From contig JAXLTY010000001.1 of assembly GCA_046329815.1 (NCBI GenBank), forward strand, positions 869,471 to 933,470: a DNA stretch of 64,000 bases. The letters are read 5' to 3'. Position numbers and translations under genes: made by a program. Positions within the stretch are counted from its first letter, which is position 1, and each line of letters starts with the position of its first letter. This DNA comes from Chitinophagales bacterium (GTDB taxonomy: Bacteria > Bacteroidota > Bacteroidia > Chitinophagales > JADIYW01). The notes beneath the pieces are model-generated. The model was not told the DNA's origin. It was given only the letters and a program-made list of their open reading frames with translations, and did not search any database. Shown piece after piece: positions 20,398-30,500 of the stretch.

Positions 20398-21738
20398 TTA
20401 TTTTTTAATTTTTAAATATTTCAGAATATCGTCATACAAGCCACTTTCATTGGAATACAATGCATAGTTGCGTGCTGTGGCAAACCATTCTTTAGTCGTT
20501 GCTTTATGTTTTGAAATCGCGTTTTTTAAATCTGCATTATTCACCGGAATAATTTTTCCTTGTTTCATCGATTCAGGTAATTTTGATTCAATCGCCACAT
20601 CGACAACCGCTTTCAAATCAGCGCCGGAATATTCTTCTGTAATTTTTGCGATGCCTGCATAATCAATATTATCAAACGGTTTTTCATGTGATAATAATTT
20701 CAGAATTTCTTCGCGTGCTTTCAAATCCGGCGGCTGTACAAATACGATTCTGTCAAATCGACCTGGTCTTCGGAAAGCTGTATCTAAATACCACGGACAA
20801 TTCGTTGCTGCTAAAATTAAAACACCTTCGTTCGAATATTTCACGCCATCTAATTCATCCAAAAACTGATTAATAATGAATCTTCCTGTTGCATTGCGCA
20901 TATCACTACGGCTTGCACCTAACGCATCTACTTCATCAAAAAACAACACACACGGCGCATTCACACGTGCTGCTTCGAAAATATTATGCAGATTTTTTTC
21001 ACTGTTTCCCATCCACATATCCAGCACTTCATTAATTCCAACAGAAATAAAATTGGCATTAATTTCGCCTGCTGTTGCGCGTGCTAACATCGTTTTACCA
21101 CAACCTGGTGGTCCATAAAACAAAATACCACCACCAATTTTTTTACCAAATGCTTTATAAATTTCAGGATTGTTTAACGGATGAATTACTTTCAACGCAA
21201 TCTCTTCTTTCATCGCTTCCATACCGCCAACATCGCTGAATTTTATTTTTGGTTTTTCAATATCGCTTTGCAGTAAAATTCCATTCACAAAATCATCATC
21301 GCCAGCAGAAACACTTGTTGCTGTTCCGGATTGTTTTATTTGTGTATTCAAATCATTTTCGTAAGCAACATCTTTCAATTGATTATTCAGAGCAATTGCT
21401 TTATCGTAATTCACTTTTGCCTGTTGAATTTCCTGTTGTGCCAAATGATTCTTTGATAAGAAAAAATATGCATCTGCATTTGTTTTATCGGTTTCAATAA
21501 TTTCTTCCAACACCACTTGTGCCGCGCTGTATTTATGCAAATAAAAAAAACATTTCGACAAACCTAATTTCAAACCCAGATCGTTTTGCGCAAACTGCAA
21601 TGCGTTTTTATATTCGGTTTCTGCTTCGATGTAATTAGCTGTATTGAATAATGCTTCGCACAATAATTTTCGTAATGAAATGTTATTCGGTGAAAATTGC
21701 AATGCGTCTTTCAGTGAGTTGATCTGTTCCTGATTCAT
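20398..21738 (-). CDS. TPR-fused single-module AAA+ ATPase (classic clade)
   Basis: N-terminal ~160 aa of TPR-like repeats. Walker A GPPGCGKT, Walker B VLFFDEVD, and second region of homology ILAATNCPWYLDTAFRRPGRFDRIVFV. Confidence 0.8.
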   Translation of the reverse strand: MNQEQINSLKDALQFSPNNISLRKLLCEALFNTANYIEAETEYKNALQFAQNDLGLKLGLSKCFFYLHKYSAAQVVLEEIIETDKTNADAYFFLSKNHLAQQEIQQAKVNYDKAIALNNQLKDVAYENDLNTQIKQSGTATSVSAGDDDFVNGILLQSDIEKPKIKFSDVGGMEAMKEEIALKVIHPLNNPEIYKAFGKKIGGGILFYGPPGCGKTMLARATAGEINANFISVGINEVLDMWMGNSEKNLHNIFEAARVNAPCVLFFDEVDALGASRSDMRNATGRFIINQFLDELDGVKYSNEGVLILAATNCPWYLDTAFRRPGRFDRIVFVQPPDLKAREEILKLLSHEKPFDNIDYAGIAKITEEYSGADLKAVVDVAIESKLPESMKQGKIIPVNNADLKNAISKHKATTKEWFATARNYALYSNESGLYDDILKYLKIKK

Positions 21739-21873
21739 TTATTTTTAATTTATTAAACACCGCTAAACTATAAAAAAGCAGGCACTTGTTTTCATAAATT
21801 TGGTTATTATTTATTGATATAAATTGGCTGATTTTCTGTTATTTTCTGCTTATTTTTGAGCAAATATTAATTT

Positions 21874-23085
21874 ATGTTTTCTACCATCAAAATAAAACGA
21901 AATATCTACGGTTCTGAAGAACATTTAATGCTGCAAAAAATGTGTCAGCAGTTTATAGAAAAAGAAATTGCACCATATCACGCAGAATGGGAAGAACAAG
22001 GACAAGTAAGCCGTGAAGTTTGGCACAAAGCAGGTGAAGCAGGGTTGTTGTGTTTAGATGTTCCGGCAGAATATGGCGGTGCAGGTTTGGATTTCTCGTT
22101 TTGTGCATTGATTACAGAAGAAATTTCAAAAGCAGGTTTTACCGGACCTGGCTTTTTCCTACATTCCGATATTGTAGCACCTTATATTATCGATTATGGA
22201 AACGAAGAACAAAAACAATATTGGCTTCCAAAGATGTGCAGTGGCGAAATCATTACAGCAATCGGTATGACAGAACCTAGTTGTGGCAGCGATTTGCAGG
22301 CATTAAAAACAACAGCCATTGACAATGGCGATCATTATGCAATCACCGGACAAAAAACATTTATCACCAATGGCTACATGAGTGATATGTGCGTGATTGC
22401 GGCACGAACTATTATTGATGGAAAAGACAATGGCATTTCGTTGTTCTTAGTAGAGGCAACGCGTACAGGTTTTTCAAAAGGAAAACCATTTAAAAAAGTA
22501 GGTATGAAAGCGCAAGATACATGCGAATTATTTTTTGATAATGTACAAATTCCGAAAGAAAATTTATTAGGTGAAGTTGGAAAAGGATTTATTTATATGA
22601 TGCAGAAATTGGGTCGTGAACGTTTATCCGTTGCATTGATGGCTGTTGGAGGTTCTGAAGGCGCTTTGGAAAATACCATAGAATATACATTATCAAGAAC
22701 TGCTTTTAAACAACCGATCGCAGGTTTCCAAAATACACAATTTAAACTTGCAGAATTAGCAACAAAACTACAAATCCACCAAACATTTGTTGACAGGTGT
22801 GTGGAGTTATATGTTGCCGGTGAATTGACTGCTGAAACGGCATCGATGGCAAAATATTCCTGCACCGATACACATCAAAATATTGTGGATGAATGTGTGC
22901 AGCTACACGGCGGTTATGGCTACATGTGGGAATATTATATCGGACGTGCGTATGCAGACAATCGTGTAGCGCGCATTTATGCAGGCACGAATGAAATCAT
23001 GAAATTATTGATTGCGCGTGGCTTATTGCGTGAATTACACGAAATGCAAAAGAAACAAAAAGCAAGCGTTGTTTCTGCGAATTAA
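21874..23085 (+). CDS. Acyl-CoA dehydrogenase
   Basis: ACAD fold: GxTEPxxGSD (TEPSCGSDL), C-terminal YxGT motif (IYAGTNEI), about 400 aa. Confidence 0.85.
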   Translation: MFSTIKIKRNIYGSEEHLMLQKMCQQFIEKEIAPYHAEWEEQGQVSREVWHKAGEAGLLCLDVPAEYGGAGLDFSFCALITEEISKAGFTGPGFFLHSDIVAPYIIDYGNEEQKQYWLPKMCSGEIITAIGMTEPSCGSDLQALKTTAIDNGDHYAITGQKTFITNGYMSDMCVIAARTIIDGKDNGISLFLVEATRTGFSKGKPFKKVGMKAQDTCELFFDNVQIPKENLLGEVGKGFIYMMQKLGRERLSVALMAVGGSEGALENTIEYTLSRTAFKQPIAGFQNTQFKLAELATKLQIHQTFVDRCVELYVAGELTAETASMAKYSCTDTHQNIVDECVQLHGGYGYMWEYYIGRAYADNRVARIYAGTNEIMKLLIARGLLRELHEMQKKQKASVVSAN

Positions 23086-23109
23086 TCATTAAAATACAAT
23101 TATTCTATA

Positions 23110-23150
23110 AAAAAAGGATGACTCAATTTTAGTCATCCTTTTTTTTATTT
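23110..23150. terminator. Bidirectional intrinsic terminator between convergent genes
   Basis: 10-bp stem aaggatgact/agtcatcctt (23114-23123 / 23131-23140) flanked by an A-run upstream and a T-run downstream. Confidence 0.6.
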
Positions 23151-23254
23151 AGCATTTTGATTTAAAATAACATAAGCATTCTATTTAAAGCGGTTCATTT
23201 TCCCAACAAGTTTACTCATGACAAGTATGTCTTATTACTATTCATCAAATCCAT

Positions 23255-24253
23255 CTATTTATTTGCTGTCATCATTTTATAATCCGTAAATCTGCCTTCA
23301 CTATTATTGACTTCTATCTGGTAAATATAATTTGCAGATGCTAAACCAAGTGTTTGCATATTTAACTGAACATTGTGCTCACCTGCATTTAAATTCTTTT
23401 GTTCAATTTCTGAAATCATTTTTCCTGACAAATCATAGATCTGAATTTTCACATCTGCTGATTTTTTTAGCATAAAAGGAATTATAGTGTTATTATTATA
23501 TGGATTCGGATAATTTTGTTGTAACACAAATTGTTTGGCTGTTTCTTTTTCTACATGGCTGATAACACCATTACCTTGAACAGTAACTTCAAGATATGCA
23601 TCATAGCCACCGGTTGTGTTGTTTGGTGTCAGAGACGCCAATTGATACGCATAGCCATCTGAGAAAATATTGTCAGCGCCATAACTTGTCGTACCATCAG
23701 CACCTTTTGTATAAAGCGAAGAGTTGGCTGCGTAAATAGCATTCTTCGTTGCGATATCAAACGTAAGCTGCGAGATTGCTGCATAAGACGAACTTACATA
23801 CACCTGAAAATGGATATGACAAATTCTGCCGGTGTACCAACCTGGAAAAATCGTAACAAAATTCACTTCGCCATTGGCATCCGTCATTTGATAACCGCGT
23901 AAATAGGTTAAACCGGCTTGTCCTGCATTGTTCGTTTGGCTATAACCTGAATACAAACCATCTTTATCGCAATGCCAAACATTTACTCTTACATTCTGCA
24001 TCGGCAAACAATTATTAAGTCCTAGAATTTTCAATTTTAGATTTAATCGCGTGCCAGTTTTGTTTTCGCGAATATCTTGCCTGAAATAATACGTGTTTGC
24101 TGTCAGGTCTAATGGAAACGGACCGGCAGTTTCTGATGGAATCAATACACACGAACCTGTTGCTTCTGTTTCGTCTGCAAATAATTTGCTGTTTGGCAAA
24201 GCGATTCCAAGACTTGCTAAACCAATACCTTTTAAAAAATCTTTTCGTTCCAT
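23255..24253 (-). CDS. Secreted intradiol ring-cleavage dioxygenase-like protein with T9SS (Por) C-terminal sorting domain
   Basis: VNVWHCDKDGLY and TDANGEVNFVTIFPGWYTGRICHIHFQVY align to the VEMWQANAGGRY / TDSDGYYSFRTIKPGPYPW...HIHF blocks of protocatechuate 3,4-dioxygenase beta. The C-terminal 85 aa show the NYPNPYNNNTIIPF...VKIQIYDLSGK T9SS CTD pattern. N-terminal MERKDFLKG is Tat-like. Confidence 0.65.
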   Translation of the reverse strand: MERKDFLKGIGLASLGIALPNSKLFADETEATGSCVLIPSETAGPFPLDLTANTYYFRQDIRENKTGTRLNLKLKILGLNNCLPMQNVRVNVWHCDKDGLYSGYSQTNNAGQAGLTYLRGYQMTDANGEVNFVTIFPGWYTGRICHIHFQVYVSSSYAAISQLTFDIATKNAIYAANSSLYTKGADGTTSYGADNIFSDGYAYQLASLTPNNTTGGYDAYLEVTVQGNGVISHVEKETAKQFVLQQNYPNPYNNNTIIPFMLKKSADVKIQIYDLSGKMISEIEQKNLNAGEHNVQLNMQTLGLASANYIYQIEVNNSEGRFTDYKMMTANK

Positions 24254-24279
24254 GTTAATGAGTTATTTTTGATTAAAAT

Positions 24280-24798
24280 TTATTCAATATTACTAAATGA
24301 GTGTATATTCAACATTGCTTGCATTGCAATCAAATTCGTTTCAATTTCTTTATTTTGCTTATAATTATCCAGTTGATTTTCATTTGCAACTAACAAATGA
24401 TTATTCATAACATTCAATAAAATAAGTGGTTCTGACACAAACAGAATTGTGAACTCATGCAACTTTTTATTGGTTGTATCAGAATTGATCAGTTGAAATT
24501 TAAAATTTGAAAATGGAATACATGCAATATTCTGTGTATTATTCAGATCAGGAATTATTTTATTGAGTTGTTTAATATTTTCTAACGCAGCTTTGCTAAC
24601 CAAATAATGTAATTTTTCCGCTTCAGGATTTTGAGCTAATAAATTTAAAAATATGGTTTCCTGATTCTGCTGATTAAAATGTGCCGACTGCATTTTATAT
24701 TCCAAATAGGTATTTTCAAAGACAATGCGATCCCATTTTTTCAATGTGTTTGAATCAATTGTTTTTAAAAAACTTAGCCGAATTATTCCTTGCTGCAT
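24280..24798 (-). CDS. Hypothetical cytoplasmic protein between the two dioxygenase-like paralogues
   Basis: 172-aa ORF in the co-directional gap; no recognisable motifs. Confidence 0.4.
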   Translation of the reverse strand: MQQGIIRLSFLKTIDSNTLKKWDRIVFENTYLEYKMQSAHFNQQNQETIFLNLLAQNPEAEKLHYLVSKAALENIKQLNKIIPDLNNTQNIACIPFSNFKFQLINSDTTNKKLHEFTILFVSEPLILLNVMNNHLLVANENQLDNYKQNKEIETNLIAMQAMLNIHSFSNIE

Positions 24799-24866
24799 AC
24801 TTAAGTTTTAAAAAGTGACTTTGATAATTACTTATCAAAGTCACACTCATTATAAAAAACAAAAAA

Positions 24867-25598
24867 TCAAAACGCTGCATAAATTGTTTTTGTCAAAACA
24901 TATCCTGCAGCTACAGAACCAGTTAACGAATCACAAATATTTTGCGACAAAGAATCCGAAAAAACACCATCTGACGAATTCGATGTTCCTTGAGTTCCTT
25001 TATTATAATAAGTAGTTGCTGTTGTATAAACTGTATTACTTACCAATTCGGTAAATGCAATTTGTGTAATCAATTTACTCACGCCGCTTGAATTGTAAAT
25101 ATGCACATGTATGTGTGGCGCGCGACCATTATACCAACCCGGATACACGGTAGTAAAAGACACTTGTCCATCAGCATCTGTTTGTTGTTTGCCGCGCAAA
25201 TAATCGTAAGCAGTAGCGTCAACAGTTTGCATGCCACCGCTGTTCGACGGACCAAATTCAGAATACAAACCATCTTTGTTACAATGCCAGATCTCAACAT
25301 AGCAACCAGGCATTACCGCACAATTATTGTTCGTATTTTTAATCACAATATTCACCGTCAATGTAGTACCTAATTCTCCGTCGCGAATATCGCTTCTAAC
25401 ATAACCAGCTGATGCGAAAAATATGGCATCGCCTCTTGTTGTCGGAAACGGACCTTCCGTTTCTGTTGGGCTTTCTGTGCAATTTCCATTCGTAGTATTA
25501 GTATCTTTTTTGCAACCAACGGCTAATGGTGCAACCGCTGCCACACCTAAAGCAGCAAAACCTTTCAATAAAAAATCTTTGCGTTCCATAAAAATCAT
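24867..25598 (-). CDS. Intradiol dioxygenase-like lipoprotein (paralogue of 23255-24253, no T9SS CTD)
   Basis: VEIWHCNKDGLY and TDADGQVSFTTVYPGWYNGRAPHIHVHIY; N-terminal MERKDFLLKG...AVGCKK (Tat-like motif plus lipobox). Confidence 0.65.
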   Translation of the reverse strand: MIFMERKDFLLKGFAALGVAAVAPLAVGCKKDTNTTNGNCTESPTETEGPFPTTRGDAIFFASAGYVRSDIRDGELGTTLTVNIVIKNTNNNCAVMPGCYVEIWHCNKDGLYSEFGPSNSGGMQTVDATAYDYLRGKQQTDADGQVSFTTVYPGWYNGRAPHIHVHIYNSSGVSKLITQIAFTELVSNTVYTTATTYYNKGTQGTSNSSDGVFSDSLSQNICDSLTGSVAAGYVLTKTIYAAF

Positions 25599-25680
25599 TT
25601 TATAAAATTAAAATTAGTATGGATTTTATAAACTCGTTGAAAAATGAGGTAAACTGCAAAAACAATGCGGTAAAGTATTT

Positions 25681-26370
25681 TTAAAAATTATTTTCTATCT
25701 GTTTCATAAAAAATTCTTCATAAGAAATTCCGATTGGAATCTCAACATTATTGATGAAGACGCTTTTATTTTTTACAATCTCTATTTTATTAATTGCAAC
25801 AATAAAAGAGCGATGAACGCGAATAAAATGCGTAGCAGGTAATTTTTCCAAGATTGCTTTTAACGTATATCGTACAACGATTGGTTTTGCATTTTTAAAG
25901 AATATCTTGATATAATCATCCAATGCTTCAATGTATAAAATTTCATCAGAAAATATTTTTTCATGACCTTTATCTGTTTTTATAAAAAAAGAATGTAAGG
26001 CATTATTGAAGATAATTTTGGATGCTTTCTGAACTGCGCGCTCAAACCTGTCAAACGGAAATGGTTTTAGTAAATAATCTACAGCATGCAAATAATAAGC
26101 AGACAATGCATAATCCGGAAATGCGGTAGTAAAGATAACCGGTATTTCTTTTTTGATCTCTAAATAAAATTCAAAGCCAGTTTTTTGCGGCATCTGAATA
26201 TCTAAAAGCAGCAACTGCACTTCATTTTCTCGAATAAAAGAAAGCGCATCGTTTGTGTTTGTAAACGTTCTTACCAGATTTATACCTGAAATTCTATTGC
26301 AATAATTTTCAATAATATCCAGTGCCAACGGCTCGTCATCTATTGCAATTGCTTGAATTATATATTCCAT
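25681..26370 (-). CDS. LytTR-family response regulator
   Basis: Receiver domain (IDDEPLALD...LLLLDIQMP) plus C-terminal LytTR DNA-binding domain (HFIRVHRSFIVAINKI). Confidence 0.85.
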   Translation of the reverse strand: MEYIIQAIAIDDEPLALDIIENYCNRISGINLVRTFTNTNDALSFIRENEVQLLLLDIQMPQKTGFEFYLEIKKEIPVIFTTAFPDYALSAYYLHAVDYLLKPFPFDRFERAVQKASKIIFNNALHSFFIKTDKGHEKIFSDEILYIEALDDYIKIFFKNAKPIVVRYTLKAILEKLPATHFIRVHRSFIVAINKIEIVKNKSVFINNVEIPIGISYEEFFMKQIENNF

Positions 26371-27383
26371 ATTTTCAGATTGACTGTATAAAAATCATTT
26401 TCTTCGTTTATTTCAAGTTCATAACTTTTTGGATACAACATGTCTAATCGCTTCCTGGTGTTGATGATTCCAAGGTTTGTTGTAGAAATTGTAACGTCTT
26501 TTGTTTCGTGTTTTTTATTTTGAATAAATAAATGAACCGCGTTTTCTTCGATGTCTATTTTAATAATAATTTCAGTTTCATATTCCGTGCTGACACCGTA
26601 TTTTATAGCATTTTCAATGAATGGTATAAAAATCAACGGTGTGATTCTTTGTTGATTTGCTGTTCCATGTATCGAAAAATTCAGTTTCGTTAATTTATTC
26701 AAACGCAATTCCTGTAAGCTAATATAATTTTGAACATACTCCAATTCATCTTTTAAAGGAATGACATTATTTTCTGTATTGATAAATGTATAACGCAACA
26801 TATTCGACAACTGCAGGATTGCATTTGCCGTATTATCGGATCTGTTCAATGCCAAACTGTAAATTCCGTTTAGCGTATTAAACAAAAAATGAGGTTGAAT
26901 TTGTCCTTTCAGCAAAGCGAGTTCAGAATTATTTTTTGCATTTTCAATTTCTTTTATACGCATATTGTTTCTTATAACAAATGACATAAAGTACGCCATT
27001 ACTGCTTTCAGAATGCTATTTTCTATGTGGATGGCAAATGGATTTTTATTTTGAAATTCAGGCGGCGCCGGGAATCTTGATGGCATTTGCATGTGTTGAT
27101 GAATCAATAAATTTGGCATAAACACAACCACGCAAATTGCAAGTGCGACTAAAAAAGCATAATGCAAATACTTTTTTTGAAAATAGAATTTTGGCAACAA
27201 ATACAAATAATGAAAATAAAAAAATAAGATGGCCAACACAGAAGTAAGCACATCTTTTCCGAATGCAGGATTTCTAAAAACACGCATAGAAAAAAAACCT
27301 TCCGGTGCTGTAATAAACGGAATTGCCAAAAACAACGATATGCAAACCACCTGCATGCCGATATTTTTGCGTTCCATATTCAT
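26358..27383 (-). CDS. LytS-type sensor histidine kinase (membrane, His_kinase/PF06580-like)
   Basis: 3-4 N-terminal TM helices; QIQPHFLFNTLNGIYSL H-box; overlaps the regulator gene by 13 nt. Confidence 0.8.
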   Translation of the reverse strand: MNMERKNIGMQVVCISLFLAIPFITAPEGFFSMRVFRNPAFGKDVLTSVLAILFFYFHYLYLLPKFYFQKKYLHYAFLVALAICVVVFMPNLLIHQHMQMPSRFPAPPEFQNKNPFAIHIENSILKAVMAYFMSFVIRNNMRIKEIENAKNNSELALLKGQIQPHFLFNTLNGIYSLALNRSDNTANAILQLSNMLRYTFINTENNVIPLKDELEYVQNYISLQELRLNKLTKLNFSIHGTANQQRITPLIFIPFIENAIKYGVSTEYETEIIIKIDIEENAVHLFIQNKKHETKDVTISTTNLGIINTRKRLDMLYPKSYELEINEENDFYTVNLKIWNI

Positions 27384-27566
27384 GTATTGAAATTACAATT
27401 CTCTCTAAACAATAACACTATTCATGCGGTAAGAATTCGGTTTTTTGCGGTGAATAATTTTTTTGTGTGTTATGATCATGATATTATTTTGATGGCATGA
27501 AACCAATATGCTACTTTTTTATACATTTTTTTGTTAAACAATGAAAATAAGTTTATATTTATACGA

Positions 27567-30500
27567 ATGAAATACTGTATATTAAAATATGGCATCCTAA
27601 AATCATTATTGGTAATAATGATACTATGTTGTGGCTTCAATATGTTCGCAACCATTGCTATCGACTCAACAAAAACTACCATTAGTCGGTGTCCTAATAA
27701 TGGCACGATTACGGTATTCGCAACCAGTAACCAGCCAACTGTTTTATATTCTATTTTGTCCGGTCCGGAAATCAGACCTTATCAAAGCGGTAATTTATTT
27801 ACCGGTTTATTTCCTGGAACGTATGTAGTTGCGGCATCTAATATTATTGGCGAAAAAGATTCGCAAACGGTTATTGTTAAAGGTTCAAATTATGTTGAAC
27901 CAGATTTTGCACCAACTTCTAAAGAACCCACTTGCTTTGGCGGCAGCGATGGACAAATTATTGGTCATCCTGTTTTAACGAACAGCAGACCTCCATTTAC
28001 CTGGGTTTTAACGAATACGCAAACCAATGTGGTTACTACACAAAGCAACGATACTTTCAATAATTTAAAAGCTGCTGAATATACTTTGCGCATGTATGAT
28101 TCTTGCCAGAATTTTGTAACACGAACCGTTTACATTATTAAAGAAAAAGATGTTTTTGTATTTTCAGCTTCTCTTACTGCTTCGAAAATTGGTTGTGACT
28201 CAATGATAATTGGTTTTGCATTTTATAGCAATAATGACTACTCTACAAAAAAACTTAAGTTTACATTATACACACTAACTGACACCATAGTAAAATACAG
28301 CAAACCACGAATAGGATTCTATAATACTCCAGCTCCAGGATTATATCTATATGGTATTTCTGATACCTTTCCAAATATCGATTATAATATGGATATTCAT
28401 TTTACATTAGAAGATACTTGTGGAAATATTATTACTTCTGGTGCGACTAAAATTCCTGCTTTTATTTTTGATGTCAAAAATTGGTATGTTGACAACACAA
28501 ACTGTGATGGTAATTTAGGTGCTATTCTAGACATCTATCGAAATATATATTACACACAAGATTATTATTATTTAACTCCGAAATATCCACTTTCTTTGAC
28601 AGTTACAGATGTTAGCACAAATACCATTGTGCAGACATCCATTATAAGTTCTGGCTTGTTAAATATAACTCCAAAAATTGCTGGTAAGACTTATTCCATT
28701 TCAATTACAGATGGTTGTAAAAAAAATTACACCTTTAATAAAATTTGGCCAACTCCTTCATCAGATCCTTCAACAGAAGTATTAGTTATTTCCGGATGTA
28801 TTGATAGCACATCTACCGCAGAAATAAGGCTTAAAGGTTTTGGTATTGGTGTAAAATTAGAAATACTTTACGGACCAAAATTTTTACATAGTACTAAACC
28901 AAAATATAGTTATACAGATTCTATTCTCTATCCAAAAATTTATACAAATTTTCTTAATAATGGTTATTTGTCTGGCGGTGTGCTTATTGTCAATTATGTA
29001 TATATTTTATTAAAAAATCTTCCTGAAGGAATATATGCCTACAGAGTAACAGATTCTTGTGGCAATATATATAATTCAACATTTACAGTTAAATTCTCTG
29101 ACTTAACAAAATTAAATCACACAACATCATTTACTAGAAGATGCTTAGGACAAAATATATTACATTATGCAGTAAATTGCTATAACACTTATTCATACAC
29201 CGTTACAGTAAAAAATATTAACACTGGAATTGTATTAAGGAGCAAAAGCTATCTATATGTATCTTCGATTGATTCTTTAACATCAATTCCATCTGGCAAA
29301 TATGAAATATCTTATACATACTCAGTAGACAATAGAGGTGCTACAGCTATTAACGAAAACATTAAAGATTGTTGGACTGTAAAAGATACGGTAGAAATTC
29401 CACCTTATGAACGACCGCAAACTGCAAGTGTTTCTATCATATATTGCAACGGCAACCGCTATGCAGAGTTGCGTCCGGACAGCACCAAAGGAATTGCACC
29501 ATATCAATATGAAGTAATTTCTGGCCCGCGATTGTATCCGTTGCAAGCATCCAATATTTTTACGTTTATTCCTGTTGGCAATTATGTTTCGCGTATTGTA
29601 GATGCATGCGGTAATTCCAATATTTTAGATTTTGGTGTCGATACGCTTATCTTTCCGCCTATTCATAAGATCGGTTCTTCGTGTTTAGACGGCACTGTAA
29701 CTTTATATTATCAGCCATCGCCATTTTATACCTATCAATGGACAAAACCCAATGGTACTATTTATATTGGTGATTCTTTAACTATTAATAGCGTTGTATA
29801 TGCTGATACTGGTTTGTATTTGATAAAACGATTTGTAAATATTAATGGTTGCAAAGATACTGCTGAAACTATTTACCGACTCACCAGCACCACTGAATAT
29901 ACTCGTAGTGAAACCATTTGCGAAGGCGAAAGCATTACTGTTGGAACACATAATTACACGCAAACCGGAACATATAATGATACGATTACTTCTGTTTTTT
30001 GTGATACGATCTATACATTAAATTTAACCGTACTACCTATTCTCAGAAGAGAAATTGACACGACTATTTGTTTTGGCAAAGGAATACAAATTGGAAATCA
30101 TTTTTATAATCAAACAGGAACGCACATTGATACACTGTCATCTATTAATGGTTGTGACAGTATTATTACATTAAAACTTACCATTACTCAAAGCATTTCC
30201 TTACAAATTACTGCATCTAAAACCTTAGTAATTGCCGGTGATACAGTTCAATTGCAAGCAACTTCCAGCCAGCCGGTTGGAAATTACGTTTGGACAAGTA
30301 TTGCGACGCTGAATAGTAATTCAATAAAAAATCCTATTGCTACAATTACACAACCAAGTTGGGTTTATTTGAATATTACAGCCGATAGTTTGTATCGTGG
30401 TTGCAAAAACAACGATTCCATTTTTATTGATTTGATTACAGATTGCAAAGCAGAAAATGTATTTATACCAAATGCATTTTCACCAAATAATGACGGCTAT

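Noticed and set aside
20398-21738. Calling the AAA protein a Vps4/ESCRT-type ATPase
   Set aside because: The 'ATN.PW' element looks Vps4/katanin-like, but 'RRPGRFDR' is FtsH/Cdc48-like. The clade cannot be assigned by eye, so only 'classic AAA+' is claimed.
27476-27706. 76-aa minus-strand ORF overlapping the start of the SprB-repeat gene
   Set aside because: Lies in the promoter and 5' end of a strongly supported plus-strand gene; no support.
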